NCBI GenBank assembly: GCA_015222055.1
Contig: JADFUR010000065.1
Location: 42,176-106,175, forward strand
Direction: 5' to 3'
Source: Bacteroidota bacterium
Lineage (GTDB): Bacteria > Bacteroidota > Bacteroidia > Bacteroidales > B39-G9
DNA length: 64,000 nucleotides
Shown: one piece after another, positions 32,701 to 42,119 of the stretch
Numbering within the stretch: position 1 is the first letter of the stretch
How the letters are laid out: each line of letters opens with the position of its first letter
The notes under the pieces: model-generated
Databases searched by the model: none
What the model saw: only the letters and a program-made list of their open reading frames with translations
What the model was told of the DNA's origin: nothing
Program-made: the position numbers and the translations under genes

Positions 32701-33568
32701 TTATAATTTACAAAAAAATATTATCTATAAAGGAAATGCAAGCGTAAATAATGGGGATTTTACTTTTAGCTTTATCGTTCCAAAAGATATTTCATATAAT
32801 TATGGTAATGGAAAAATAAGTTATTATGCAGATAATTCTAATATTGATGCAACAGGTTTTTTTAACAATATTATTATTGGAGGATCAGCCGATACTGCAT
32901 TTATGGACAGCATTGGTCCTAAAATGAATATCTACATGAACGACAGCAATTTTGTTTTCAACGGTTTAACCGACGAGAATCCAAAACTACTTGTTATTGT
33001 TACAGATTCAACAGGAATAAACACTGTAGGAAATGGAATTGGACACGACATAACTGCTGTATTAGATGACAATGAAAATCAAGCAATGATATTAAACGAC
33101 TATTATCAGGCTGATGTTAACAGTTATCAAAGAGGTAAAATAGAATATCCATTTTCAAATTTAGATGAAGGTCATCATAAAATAAAACTTAAAGTTTGGG
33201 ATATCTATAACAACTCATCCGAAAATTATATTGAGTTTAATGTTGCTAAATCAGAGAATTTGATTTTAGAACATGTCTATAATTATCCAAACCCATTTAC
33301 TACATCAACGTCATTTTTAATTGAACACAACCAAGCTGGTGCTGATTTGGATATCATTATTCAAATTTTTACTATTACAGGTAAAATTGTAAAAACAATA
33401 GAAACGCAAAGTCTTTCAGATGGTTACAGAATAAACCCTATACCATGGAATGGATTAGACGAATATAATGACAAAATTGCCCGAGGCGTTTATATTTATA
33501 CTGTTAGAGTTCGTTCAAATAATGGAAAACAGGCAAGTAAATTTGGCAAACTTGTTATCTTGAGGTAG
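29756..33568 (+). CDS. porU: T9SS C-terminal signal peptidase/sortase PorU (peptidase C25 family)
   Basis: 1270 aa. Gingipain-like core (YLLLFGDGSYDNK, NYIGHGN, FMTASCEVSRFDD) and C-terminal beta-sandwich (YNYPNPFTTSTSF...GVYIYTVRVRS). Sits directly upstream of porV. Confidence 0.9.
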   Translation: MRIKKTLLCIFIIFNVLSSNIIAQQKALTESIKWQNNISKSLDSNYSERLNFKDAVYNDLNSLLPFYFKRIKLSNITNDVDVNITNTSFSNFKSDELKNIKIKKNFQSNIKINYKIKYDRKIPYLYVNFIPIVRNKSNGKLQKLQNFTISITEKSSAKKSTKLKSHKQNSILNSGNWFKIKIDKTGVYKLTYNDLINIGISKPENVRIYGNGGSMLPIKNSAFRYDDLVENPIFMEKGSDGIFNQDDYIIFYAQNSVEWKYNEQEQLFYHSVNMYTDYSYYFLTSDLASGKKITTENIPSANITNNIFTYDDYAFFEKNDTNLIRSGREWFGEAFRNQTSYNFSFQFPNRDVSVPIKIKTHVASHSSNSYPDSYFKLTSDNADIQTIYVPGFNTGSSYSAAKDKTASSFFSNSNKNLNINIKYFGTSSSSEGWLNYIFLNVRQNLSMTKNQINFRDIISVGSGNISQFTLSNATQNIKIWDVSNISDIKQISTQYSNNKLTFKLATDTLREFIAFTGDEFFTPIIQGDDLGKIENQNLHALNFYDLIIVTHPDFKSYADELADFHINSDNLKVLSVTSSQVYNEFSSGKPDVAAIRDFMKMFYDRATTEEQLPKYLLLFGDGSYDNKTQSNKNSNYILTYQSKNSLDGDSSFSTDDFYAMLDDDEGGYVGAVDIGVGRLPVRTEDEAQSVTNKIKNYYNKETIGDWRNSICFIGDDEDNNDYMRNANELSKKILTNHPTYNIDKIFLDAYPQISTPSGQRYPDVTNAINNKMKKGALLINYIGHGNPTKFSHEEVITINDVTSWTNYNQLPLFMTASCEVSRFDDYARTSIGELILLNPNGGGIALLSTTRLVSSGANNALNKNFINFVFNKDLRLGDIVRLTKVNTGSDATTNKRNFTLLGDPALKLNIPRNNVVTTKINNTPITENIDTLNALSKITIQGFVQDEAGNKLTDFNGLISPTIYDKPVSKTTLSNDGLTPFTYNLQKNIIYKGNASVNNGDFTFSFIVPKDISYNYGNGKISYYADNSNIDATGFFNNIIIGGSADTAFMDSIGPKMNIYMNDSNFVFNGLTDENPKLLVIVTDSTGINTVGNGIGHDITAVLDDNENQAMILNDYYQADVNSYQRGKIEYPFSNLDEGHHKIKLKVWDIYNNSSENYIEFNVAKSENLILEHVYNYPNPFTTSTSFLIEHNQAGADLDIIIQIFTITGKIVKTIETQSLSDGYRINPIPWNGLDEYNDKIARGVYIYTVRVRSNNGKQASKFGKLVILR

Positions 33569-33691
33569 GAAAGGCTAAAGTGGAAAGTGGAAAGGCTAAA
33601 GGGGAAAATAAATTTTTAGAATTTTATATTACAGAATCATTACTTTTTGAGAGGACACATAATAAATAATTAAAATATTAGTTTAAATATA

Positions 33692-33699
33692 TATATTTG
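33692..33699 (+). promoter_or_regulatory. Putative -7 promoter box (TAnnTTTG)
   Basis: tatatttg lies 25 nt upstream of the porV ATG. Motif match only. Confidence 0.3.
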
Positions 33700-33723
33700 T
33701 ACAAAATTAATAGTTTCTAAAAG

Positions 33724-34989
33724 ATGAATAAAAATTTTAAAATAATTATATCATTATTTGCAATAAGTTTATTTAGCCAATCGATTTTTTCGCAGGGAGT
33801 AAATGGGAATAATAACAACGTTATAGGACAAGACGAAGGATTAAGAACCATAACAACAGCAGTACCATTTCTGATGATTGCTCCCGATTCTCGGTCAGGA
33901 GCAATGGGTGATGCTGGAGTTGCAACAACACCTGATGCAAATTCAATGCATTGGAATCCTTCCAAATATGCTTTTATGGAGAATGATTTTGGACTTTCAA
34001 TATCATACACACCTTGGCTTCGAAAATTAGTAGACGATATTAACCTTGCCTATCTTAGTGGTTATTACAGAATTGACAAAAATCAAGTATTTGCTGCATC
34101 TTTATTATATTTCTCTCTTGGGAGTATTACTTTTACTAACGATCAAGGTCAGGCATTAAATAATTTTAATCCTCACGAATTTTCATTTGACTTTTCTTAT
34201 TCCAGATTATTGTCGAAACATTTCTCAGGTAGTTTGGCTGCTCGGTATATATACTCAAATTTAACCGGAGGTACCACTGTAAGTAATGAGCAATCTCATG
34301 CAGGACATGCTTTTGCTATGGATGTTTCAGCTTTTTACCAAAATGATATTAACTTTTTTGACAAAGATGCAAATCTTGCTTTTGGAATGAATATATCAAA
34401 TATTGGTAACAAAATTGATTATACCAACGATACAAAAAATTTTATACCAATTAACTTAAAAATAGGTAGTGCGTTAACAACTAAAATTGATGATTACAAC
34501 TCATTAATGTTTACTGTTGATTTTAACAAACTTTTAGTACCCACACCCCCTGTTTATGCAATTAATGAGTTAAACGACTATGTTGTTGACGAGAATGGCG
34601 ATCAAGTAATTGCAGCTGGTAAAAACCCTAATGTATCTGTCCCTGTTGGTATGTTTCAATCATTTTATGATGCTCCCGGAATATTAGATTCAGACGGTTC
34701 AAGAAATGTTTTTAAAGAAGAATTACAAGAAATTACTTATTCTATTGGTGCTGAATATTGGTATGCAAAGCAATTTGCAATAAGAGCCGGATATTTTCAC
34801 GAACATGGCTCAAAAGGAAATCGTAAATATTTCACAGCCGGTTTAGGTATTCGTTTTAATGTTTTTGGTTTAGACTTTGCTTATTTAATACCAACCGGAA
34901 ACCAAAATAATAACCCTTTAGCTGAAACTTTACGTTTTTCATTAGTTTTCAATTTTGAAAATATAAACGCACAAAGCGGTCCACAATAA
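33724..34989 (+). CDS. porV: T9SS outer-membrane shuttle protein PorV (LptO)
   Basis: ITTAVPFLMIAPDSRSGAMGDAGVATTPDANSMHWNPSK is the conserved PorV N-terminal signature. The protein is a 421-aa beta-barrel. Confidence 0.92.
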   Translation: MNKNFKIIISLFAISLFSQSIFSQGVNGNNNNVIGQDEGLRTITTAVPFLMIAPDSRSGAMGDAGVATTPDANSMHWNPSKYAFMENDFGLSISYTPWLRKLVDDINLAYLSGYYRIDKNQVFAASLLYFSLGSITFTNDQGQALNNFNPHEFSFDFSYSRLLSKHFSGSLAARYIYSNLTGGTTVSNEQSHAGHAFAMDVSAFYQNDINFFDKDANLAFGMNISNIGNKIDYTNDTKNFIPINLKIGSALTTKIDDYNSLMFTVDFNKLLVPTPPVYAINELNDYVVDENGDQVIAAGKNPNVSVPVGMFQSFYDAPGILDSDGSRNVFKEELQEITYSIGAEYWYAKQFAIRAGYFHEHGSKGNRKYFTAGLGIRFNVFGLDFAYLIPTGNQNNNPLAETLRFSLVFNFENINAQSGPQ

Positions 34990-35468
34990 TGAAAATAAGA
35001 GTAGGTTTTGGATATGATGTTCACCAACTAAAAGAAGTCGAAAGTCTTGTTTTGGGTGGTGTTAATATTAATCACTACAAAGGCACTGTTGCTCACTCCG
35101 ATGGCGATGTTTTGATTCATGCAATTTGCGATGCGCTGTTAGGTGCAGCAAATTTACGAGACATTGGTGTGCTTTTCCCCGACAACTCAGATGAATATAA
35201 AAACATTGACAGCAAAATTCTTTTAAAAAAAACTATTGAATTATTAAAAGAAAACAGCTACTCTATTTCAAACATTGATTCAACAATATGCCTTCAAAAA
35301 CCAAAAATTAAAGATATAATTCCCGATATGCAAAAAATATTATCATCGGTTATGAATATCTCAATAAACGACATATCAATTAAAGCAACAACAACAGAAA
35401 AATTAGGCTTTGTTGGTACCGAAGAAGGCATTTCTGCTTATGCTGTTTGTTTAATTGAAAAAGGATAA
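34989..35468 (+). CDS. ispF: 2-C-methyl-D-erythritol 2,4-cyclodiphosphate synthase
   Basis: RVGFGYDVHQL, HSDGDVLIHAICDALLGA, FP motif; 159 aa. The start overlaps the porV stop. Confidence 0.93.
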   Translation: MKIRVGFGYDVHQLKEVESLVLGGVNINHYKGTVAHSDGDVLIHAICDALLGAANLRDIGVLFPDNSDEYKNIDSKILLKKTIELLKENSYSISNIDSTICLQKPKIKDIIPDMQKILSSVMNISINDISIKATTTEKLGFVGTEEGISAYAVCLIEKG

Positions 35469-35470
35469 CA

Positions 35471-35800
35471 ATGCACGAAACAATATCTTCTTTCGGAGAT
35501 TTCAATAATACAAAATCAAACAGTCTTGCAGTATTGTTTTATTTCTCTCATGATGACTGTAATGTGTGTAAAATTTTAAAACCGAAAATTTACGAACTGC
35601 TACAAAACGAATTTCCCAAAATAAAATTCAGATATGTGGATATAAAAAAAACTCCTGAGGTATCTGCACAGAATAACATTTTTACTGTACCAACATTACT
35701 AATATATTTTGAAGGAAAAGAATTTGTTAGAAGAAGCAGAAATATTGGTATAACGGAATTAAAAAATCTTATTGAAAGACCTTATAAAATGATGTTTTAA
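35471..35800 (+). CDS. Thioredoxin-fold protein (CxxC)
   Basis: 109 aa with CNVCK redox motif and TVPTLLIY, typical of the thioredoxin fold. Confidence 0.7.
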   Translation: MHETISSFGDFNNTKSNSLAVLFYFSHDDCNVCKILKPKIYELLQNEFPKIKFRYVDIKKTPEVSAQNNIFTVPTLLIYFEGKEFVRRSRNIGITELKNLIERPYKMMF

Positions 35801-35803
35801 TTT

Positions 35804-36409
35804 TTATAAATCTTTTGAATAAATAATCTTCGCTCCTTTTTCAACCAGTTCGTTTAAAGATTTGTTAAAATTGTTGCTCACAACTGCCTTTGTAGCATCG
35901 GCAATTAAAAACGAATTATATTTAAGTGCTAGTGCATCAATAACTGTATATTTTACACAAAAATCAGTTGCCAAACCACAAAAATACACATCTGAAATAT
36001 TTTTCTTTTTTAAAACATTATTTAGTTCGGTTGAATGAATTTTACCATTATCGAAAAAGCCCGAATAGCTGTCAACCTCAACATCACTCCCTTTTGTAAC
36101 AAAACAAGCAGTTTTTGGGATTTTAATGTCTTTATGAATTTCAGCACCGAAAGAATTCTGAACGCAATGAACAGGCCATAAAATTTGATCAATATTATTC
36201 AACTTTATAAGGTCAAAAACTTTTTTGTCTTTATGATTCGTAGCAAAACTTTTATGCTTTGCCGGATGCCAATCTTTTGTGAAAATTAGTGTGTCGAACT
36301 TGTCAACAATATTATTAACTACAGGTATTATTGAATTACTTTCGGGAACGGCTAATGCTCCGTTTTCGAAAAAATCATTTTGCAAATCAACAATAACTAG
36401 TGCTTTCAT
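35804..36409 (-). CDS. pncA: Nicotinamidase/pyrazinamidase (isochorismatase family)
   Basis: ALVIVDLQNDF, DWHP..H.SF, catalytic Cys context FCGLATDFCV. Confidence 0.85.
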   Translation of the reverse strand: MKALVIVDLQNDFFENGALAVPESNSIIPVVNNIVDKFDTLIFTKDWHPAKHKSFATNHKDKKVFDLIKLNNIDQILWPVHCVQNSFGAEIHKDIKIPKTACFVTKGSDVEVDSYSGFFDNGKIHSTELNNVLKKKNISDVYFCGLATDFCVKYTVIDALALKYNSFLIADATKAVVSNNFNKSLNELVEKGAKIIYSKDL

Positions 36410-36466
36410 GGGTTAATTACGAGTTATGAATTACATTATTTAGTACTTGCAAAAAAACTCCTATAT

Positions 36467-36547
36467 TGTCATTTCGACTGAAAGGAGAAATTTCATAACA
36501 CAGTGTATGTAAATTCAATGAGATTTCTCGCTTCGTTCGAAATGACA
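36467..36547. repeat. 81-bp palindromic intergenic element
   Basis: Outer arms tgtcatttcga / tcgaaatgaca; inner arms gagaaat / atttctc. Lies between pncA and the DUF167 gene. Confidence 0.6.
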
Positions 36548-36582
36548 GTATAATTAAAATTTCAAGGGCTATCTTTCAAGCA

Positions 36583-36867
36583 CTATTTAATATTAAGGCA
36601 TTTTTTAAATTCATCTTTTGTGATGTTTGAAACAAACAAAGTCTTTTGATGATTTTTGCTTACAGAATGCACGACAACTTCTTGTTTTAAAATATTTTTT
36701 AACAGCGATAGCAATTCTTTAGTTGCACTTCCCTTAACTGCTGCATTAACAACCGAAACAAAAAACCCTTTCTTATTGCTAATTTTTACTGATTGTTTTT
36801 TTGAATTTGGTTTTACAAAAACATCAAATTTTATTCCATTATCGAATTCAGTAATATTTAATGCCAT
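36583..36867 (-). CDS. DUF167 (YggU-like) family protein
   Basis: FDVFVKPNSKKQSV...VVNAAVKGSATKELLSLL fits the DUF167 pattern. Start chosen at the internal Met (MALNITE); the ORF extends to 36897. Confidence 0.6.
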   Translation of the reverse strand: MALNITEFDNGIKFDVFVKPNSKKQSVKISNKKGFFVSVVNAAVKGSATKELLSLLKNILKQEVVVHSVSKNHQKTLFVSNITKDEFKKCLNIK

Positions 36868-36925
36868 TGTAAAAATTTTACAAAAAAGCCCCTGCAAAAC
36901 AGAGGCTTTTAATCTTTTATTTTTT

Positions 36926-38647
36926 TTATTCTACCCAAGTTTTAACTTCGTCAATTAAAGGATTTTTAAGTCCCAGTTTATGTTTTTTATTCATTCCACA
37001 AAGTTGTTGATGCAATTTATTAGAATTAATACCCTTTAAATCTTTAACAGTTAAAAAGCCTACTTTCTGCACAACAGAAACCCACTCCTGAGGAATACCC
37101 AGTTCTAAAAATTTATCAACACTATCTTTAATATCTTTTTTCTCAGGTCTCATTTGAGGGAAGAAAAGAACATCCTGAATTGAATTTGAATTAGTCATAA
37201 TCATTGCTAAACGGTCAATTCCAATTCCTAAACCTGATGTAGGAGGCATTCCGAATTCAATTGCACGTAAAAAATCCTCATCTAAAATCATTGCTTCCTC
37301 ATCGCCACGTTTGCCAAGCAACAACTGTTGTTCAAAACGATTGCGTTGATCAATAGGGTCGTTCAATTCAGAGTAGGCATTACAAAGCTCTTTACTATTA
37401 CATATTGCCTCAAAACGCTCAACTAACCCATCTTTGCTACGATGTTTTTTTGCAAGAGGCGACATCTCTATTGGATAATCAGTAATAAATGTTGGTTGAA
37501 TTAATTTTGCTTCACATGTCTCACCAAAAATCTCATCAATAAGTTTCCCTTTTCCCATTGTCTCATCAAAAGGAACCTTTAATTTTTCAGCAGTCTCAAG
37601 CAATTGTTTTTCATCCATCTCTGAAATATCAATTCCTGTAAAATGCTCAATAACTTCAAACATTGTGAAACGTTTCCAAGGTCGCTTAAAATTAATTATG
37701 TTTTCGCCAACTTTTACCTCAGTCGTGCCATGAAGGTCAATAGCTATTTTTTCAACCATCTCCTCAACAGTATTCATCATCCAATTATAATCTTTGTATG
37801 CAACATACAATTCCATTTGTGTGAATTCAGGATTATGAAATCTGTCCATACCTTCGTTTCTAAAGTCTTTAGAGAATTCATAAACACCATCGAAACCACC
37901 AACAATAAGGCGTTTCAGGTATAACTCATTTGCTATTCGTAAATACAAATCAGTATTAAGCGAATTATGATGAGTTTTAAATGGTCGGGCAGCAGCTCCT
38001 CCATAAATTGGCTGAAGAATAGGTGTCTCAACTTCTAAATATTCTCTACTGTTTAAATATTCGCGAATTGAATTCATTAATTTTGTTCGCTGAACAAATG
38101 TTTTTTTAACAGCCGGATTAACAATTAAATCAACATATCGTTGACGATATCTTTGTTCAGGGTCGTTAAACCCGTCGTAAATCTCTCCATTTTTCTCTTT
38201 CACAATTGGAAGGGGACGAATTGTCTTGCTTAAAATCGTTAATTTCTGAACGTGAATTGACAACTCTCCTACTTTTGTGATAAAAACAAAACCTTCTAAT
38301 CCAATAATATCACCTATGTCAAGTAATTTTTTAAAAACAGTGTTATATAATGTTTTATCCTCATCAGGACATATATCATCACGCTTTAAATATATTTGAA
38401 TTCTTCCTTTATCATCTTGTAACTCAGCAAAAGAAGCACTTCCCATAATTCTTCGGCTCATAATTCGTCCGGCAATGCTTACTTTTTGGTAATTATTTTT
38501 TGCAACATCATAGTTTTCCTTAATTTCCGATGATGTAACATTCACCTTAAATTCCTTTGCAGGATAGGGATCAATGCCAAGTTTTTTTATTTCTTCTAAC
38601 GAATTTCTTCTAATAATTTCTTGTTCACTTAAGTCTAAATTAATCAT
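36926..38647 (-). CDS. lysS: Lysine--tRNA ligase (class II, Bacteroidetes long form)
   Basis: [46 protein letters not shown]; 573 aa with C-terminal extension. Confidence 0.95.
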   Translation of the reverse strand: MINLDLSEQEIIRRNSLEEIKKLGIDPYPAKEFKVNVTSSEIKENYDVAKNNYQKVSIAGRIMSRRIMGSASFAELQDDKGRIQIYLKRDDICPDEDKTLYNTVFKKLLDIGDIIGLEGFVFITKVGELSIHVQKLTILSKTIRPLPIVKEKNGEIYDGFNDPEQRYRQRYVDLIVNPAVKKTFVQRTKLMNSIREYLNSREYLEVETPILQPIYGGAAARPFKTHHNSLNTDLYLRIANELYLKRLIVGGFDGVYEFSKDFRNEGMDRFHNPEFTQMELYVAYKDYNWMMNTVEEMVEKIAIDLHGTTEVKVGENIINFKRPWKRFTMFEVIEHFTGIDISEMDEKQLLETAEKLKVPFDETMGKGKLIDEIFGETCEAKLIQPTFITDYPIEMSPLAKKHRSKDGLVERFEAICNSKELCNAYSELNDPIDQRNRFEQQLLLGKRGDEEAMILDEDFLRAIEFGMPPTSGLGIGIDRLAMIMTNSNSIQDVLFFPQMRPEKKDIKDSVDKFLELGIPQEWVSVVQKVGFLTVKDLKGINSNKLHQQLCGMNKKHKLGLKNPLIDEVKTWVE

Positions 38648-38876
38648 TGTAATAAATTTTCTGATTTTGTGTGCAAAGATATATATAAGTTGTGAGGTTG
38701 TGAAATTGTGAACTTGTTAAATTGTTGAATTGTTGAATTGTTGAATTGATAACTATAAGAGATAACCTTTAAAACAAACCACGAAGTACACTAAGAAGAC
38801 ACAAAGTACACTAATAGCATAGTGAACTTTGTGAAAAACTTTGTGTGTTTTGTAGTAAAATTCTAAACTTTATACT

Positions 38877-38916
38877 TTCAATCCCGAAGTATCGGGATTT
38901 CGCTAACGCTCAACTT
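38877..38916. repeat. 40-bp repeat, copy A (ttcaatcccgaagtatcgggatttcgctaacgctcaactt)
   Basis: Direct repeat of 40151-40190 (about 36/40 identical). Contains the hairpin atcccga/tcgggat and abuts the trxB stop codon. Confidence 0.8.
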
Positions 38917-39918
38917 CTATGATTTTGAAGACAGATATCTTTCAGCATCAATAGCAGCCATACACCCTGAACCTGCAGATGTTATTGCCTGTCGATAATG
39001 AGGATCTTGAACATCACCGGCAGCGAAAACACCCTCAACATTAGTTTTAGTTGTTCCGGGAATAGTTTTAATATATCCTACTTCATCAGTATCAATATAT
39101 GGTTTAAAAAATTTTGAATTTGGCACATGACCAATAGCAAGGAAAAATCCATCAATATTAATTTTTACTTCCTGCTCATCTTTCTCACCTTTGCGTTTTA
39201 TTAATGTTAAACCTGTAACAACCTTATCACCAGTAACTTCTTTAGTATTGTGTTCAAATAAAGTTTCAATATTAGGTGTGTTTGCAACTTTTTCTTGCAT
39301 AGCTTTTGATGCACGCAAATAATTTTTACGAACAATTAAATAAACTTTTTTGCACATTCCGGCAAGGTAAACAGATTCTTCGCAAGCAGTATCACCACCA
39401 CCAACAACAGCAACATTTTTTCCTTTATAGAAAAAGCCATCGCAGGTAGCACATGCCGAAACACCAGAACCTTTAAATTTCTCTTCAGATTCTATTCCTA
39501 AATACCTTGCATCAGCACCTGTTGAGATAATAACAGATTCTGCTTCAATTTGATTTTTATTATCAACAATAACTTTACGTTTATTATTTGAAAAATCGAC
39601 AGATGTTACCATACCCCATCTTATATCAGTACCAAATCGCTCTGCTTGTTTTCTCAAATCTTCCATCATCTCCGGCCCTGAAATTCCTTCCGGATATCCT
39701 GGAAAATTATCTACATCTGTTGTTGTGGTTAACTGTCCACCGGGTTGCAATCCCTGAATTAACACAGGACTAAGATTAGCTCTGGCTGCATAAATAGCAG
39801 CAGTATATCCTGCTGGTCCCGAACCAATTATTAAACATTTAACTTTTTCTACATTCTCGTCTAATTTGTCTTGATGATTATTATCATCGATGTTTCCCAT
39901 TGTTTTAAATAATTCCAT
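38917..39918 (-). CDS. trxB: Thioredoxin-disulfide reductase
   Basis: GSGPAGYTAAIYAARANL, redox-active CATCDGFF, GGGDTACEE. The start may be the Met at 39900. Confidence 0.93.
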   Translation of the reverse strand: MELFKTMGNIDDNNHQDKLDENVEKVKCLIIGSGPAGYTAAIYAARANLSPVLIQGLQPGGQLTTTTDVDNFPGYPEGISGPEMMEDLRKQAERFGTDIRWGMVTSVDFSNNKRKVIVDNKNQIEAESVIISTGADARYLGIESEEKFKGSGVSACATCDGFFYKGKNVAVVGGGDTACEESVYLAGMCKKVYLIVRKNYLRASKAMQEKVANTPNIETLFEHNTKEVTGDKVVTGLTLIKRKGEKDEQEVKINIDGFFLAIGHVPNSKFFKPYIDTDEVGYIKTIPGTTKTNVEGVFAAGDVQDPHYRQAITSAGSGCMAAIDAERYLSSKS

Positions 39919-40150
39919 TTCTATATTATATTTAATTACGAATTTAAAATTACGAATTAGGAATTATAGCTATTTGAACTTTTTACGGTTTATAATACTA
40001 CTACCTAATTTCAAGTTTGTGTCTACTACGCAAAGTCGATAAGTCACATCATTGCGGGGGACTGTTCCGAAAATCAAAAAAATGAAACAATACCTGTGTC
40101 ATGATTATCAACAGATTGCTTCGTTCCTCGCAATGACGAATTTATCAGCT

Positions 40151-40190
40151 TTCAATCCCGAATTCTCGGGATTTCGCTATCGCTCAACTT
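40151..40190. repeat. 40-bp repeat, copy B
   Basis: ttcaatcccgaattctcgggatttcgctatcgctcaactt, a direct repeat of 38877-38916 on the other side of trxB. Confidence 0.8.
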
Positions 40191-40329
40191 TACAAACTAA
40201 TTACAGACACTTTGTCATATCTACATATATAAATAAATTGTTTTTTATATTAACAAAAAAAATGCCAATCTTTTTAATTATTAAAGGTTGTAAATTTACG
40301 GTATATTATTAATTTTGTAAAATAAAATT

Positions 40330-40405
40330 CGGGGTGTAGCTCAGTCAGGTTTAGAGTACGCGTCTGGGGGGCGTGGGGTCGGTAGTTCGAATCTACTCAC
40401 CCCGA
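40330..40405 (+). tRNA. tRNA-Pro (anticodon GGG)
   Basis: Hand-folded cloverleaf: acceptor CGGGGTG/CACCCCG, D stem GCTC/GAGT, anticodon stem CGCGT/GCGTG with loop CT-GGG-GG, T arm GGTAG-TTCGAAT-CTACT, discriminator A. No encoded CCA. Confidence 0.85.
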
Positions 40406-40412
40406 CTTTTAA

Positions 40413-40446
40413 AAAGATTTAGATTGGTTTCTAAATCTTTTTTTTT
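40413..40446 (+). terminator. Rho-independent terminator after tRNA-Pro
   Basis: agatttaga-ttggtt-tctaaatct followed by T8. Confidence 0.7.
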
Positions 40447-40806
40447 GCTTATTTATTCGGTTAAAAATCAATAATATTTAATTGAACATAAATTCAATTT
40501 TATTGTTGCCCGATAAATTTTAAACTATCTAAATATTTAAACAGGACGTACCTACGGCACTTTAAAATATGTTTATAACATCTGTGCTATAAACAGATCA
40601 CCACTACTTGGTTTCTTTATTATTCTCAAACTAGGGCGTATTTGTTTATTTGAAAAGCCGCTAATCTGTTAACTTTACAAAAGGGCTGAAAGCTACAAAT
40701 CGATACGTCAGCTTATTACAAATCCACTAAGCGATTATAAATTGACAACTTTATTTTCCGAAGGAATATCAGTATTAGTATATTCAAGCATTTTAAAGTT
40801 AATAAT

Positions 40807-40885
40807 AAATGTTTAGCAACACTTATCGTTTAATAAGGCTCTTTAATATTTGAAAATTATTTTATTATTGGTAAATTTAGGGGTT
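40807..40885. repeat. 'aatgtttagcaac' repeat family, copy 1 (3' module only; approximate ends)
   Basis: aaatgtttagcaacacttatcgtttaataaggctctttaatatttgaaaattatttt... aligns with 41785-41865 and 46336-46390. Confidence 0.7.
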
Positions 40886-40914
40886 GTAATTAGTAATTTT
40901 TTAAAAAAAAACAT

Positions 40915-41622
40915 ATGAAAAACATTTTGATTGGATTATTTTTATTGATTTCAATTTCTGCCATTGCTCAAAATGGTGAAAAAAATTTCATTGACCAGAA
41001 TTATATTGAAGTGACAGGAAAATCTGAGATGGATATAAGTCCTGATTTAATTTATATAAAAATATTATTAAATGAAAAGGATAATAATAAAAAAATATCT
41101 GTAACTGAACTTGAAAAACAAATGGCAGATAAACTCACAGAGATAGGTGTTGATATTTCAAAAGAATTATTAGTAAAAGATATCTCAAGCAATTTTAAGT
41201 ATTATCTGTTAACAAAAAATGAAGTTTTATTATCAAAAGAATTTCAATTATTGGTTAGAGATGCTAAAACAGCAAGCAGAGTTTTCATTGAGCTAAAAAA
41301 AATAGGGATTTCAAATATATCAATTGACAGGCTTGATAATAGTAAGATAACTGATTACAGAAAAGAGGTTAAAATAAATGCAATAAAAGCAGCTAGAGAA
41401 AAAGCTCAATCTCTTGCAATTGCGATTAATCAGGATATTGGTCGTGCAATTTTTATTCATGAACAGAATAATAAATTTCAAAGTAATCGGACTTCAAATA
41501 GCATAATGGTAAAAGGATATGCTAGTTCTAAAATTTATGGCTCTAACGCATCAGATTTAGAAATTGATTTTGAAAAAATTAAATTAGAATATTCTATAAT
41601 TTGCAAATTTGAATTAAAATAA
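40915..41622 (+). CDS. SIMPL (DUF541) domain periplasmic protein
   Basis: Signal peptide, then YIEVTGKSEMDISPDLIYIKILL and the later KINAIKAAREKAQSLA, typical of SIMPL/DUF541. Confidence 0.7.
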   Translation: MKNILIGLFLLISISAIAQNGEKNFIDQNYIEVTGKSEMDISPDLIYIKILLNEKDNNKKISVTELEKQMADKLTEIGVDISKELLVKDISSNFKYYLLTKNEVLLSKEFQLLVRDAKTASRVFIELKKIGISNISIDRLDNSKITDYRKEVKINAIKAAREKAQSLAIAINQDIGRAIFIHEQNNKFQSNRTSNSIMVKGYASSKIYGSNASDLEIDFEKIKLEYSIICKFELK

Positions 41623-41639
41623 ATGTACGGCATATAATC

Positions 41640-41865
41640 AACTAACCAGCTGACGGTCAAATAACCACCAGAGAACCTCGCCCTCCAACGCATCCCGAAA
41701 AATTTGAGACGCAATAACAGTCTGCAAAATAAAAAAATCTAATTACAAACAGGCAACAAAAAACACAATTGCAAATAAATGAATAAATGTTTAGCAACGC
41801 TTTTCTTTTAATAGAACTCTTAAGTATTTGAAAATTTTTTATTATTGAGAAATTTAAAGGTTAAA
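41640..41865. repeat. ~225-bp intergenic repeat element, copy 2 (approximate ends)
   Basis: Shares gctgacggtcaaataa (41649-41664), acaattgcaaataa and aaatgtttagcaac(g/a)cttttcttttaata with copy 3. Starts about 20 nt after the upstream stop codon. Confidence 0.7.
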
Positions 41866-41945
41866 ATTTTCAATAAAACTCAATAGAGAATCTTATTAAA
41901 GTGTTATAGGCAAGCATAAAAACCACCTATCTGAAAAGTTAAATC

Positions 41946-42119
41946 ATGATAACTCAGATTAAGGAACTTAAAAACTTTGGAATATATCAATAATTCCCTT
42001 GGGGCGTTTTGCCTTAATTTAAAAAATTCAACCTAATCAACGGATTGAATAGAAGTGGTAAAACTACAATCTCTAGAATCTTTTCAAGTTGCGAAAAAAA
42101 GATATCCAAATGCGATTAA
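41946..42119 (+). pseudogene. Decayed N-terminal fragment of a P-loop (ABC/RloC-PrrC-like) ATPase gene
   Basis: A single frame reads MITQIKELKNFGIYQ*FPWGVLP*FKKFNLINGLNRSGKTTISRIFSSCEKKISKCD*. It has a Walker A box (GLNRSGKTT) and the usual N-terminal beta-strand, two in-frame stops, and is truncated after ~57 codons. Confidence 0.6.

Noticed and set aside
36656-36958. 100-aa plus-strand ORF
   Set aside because: It is antisense to the DUF167 gene and runs into the lysS 3' end. It is a hydrophobic, low-complexity frame artefact.
40052-40312. 86-aa ORF between trxB and tRNA-Pro
   Set aside because: Its sequence (…IASFLAMTNLSAFNPEFSGFRYRSTLQ…) is the translation of the short hairpin repeats at 40114-40137 and 40151-40190. 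It has no start context or recognisable fold, so it is treated as a repeat artefact.
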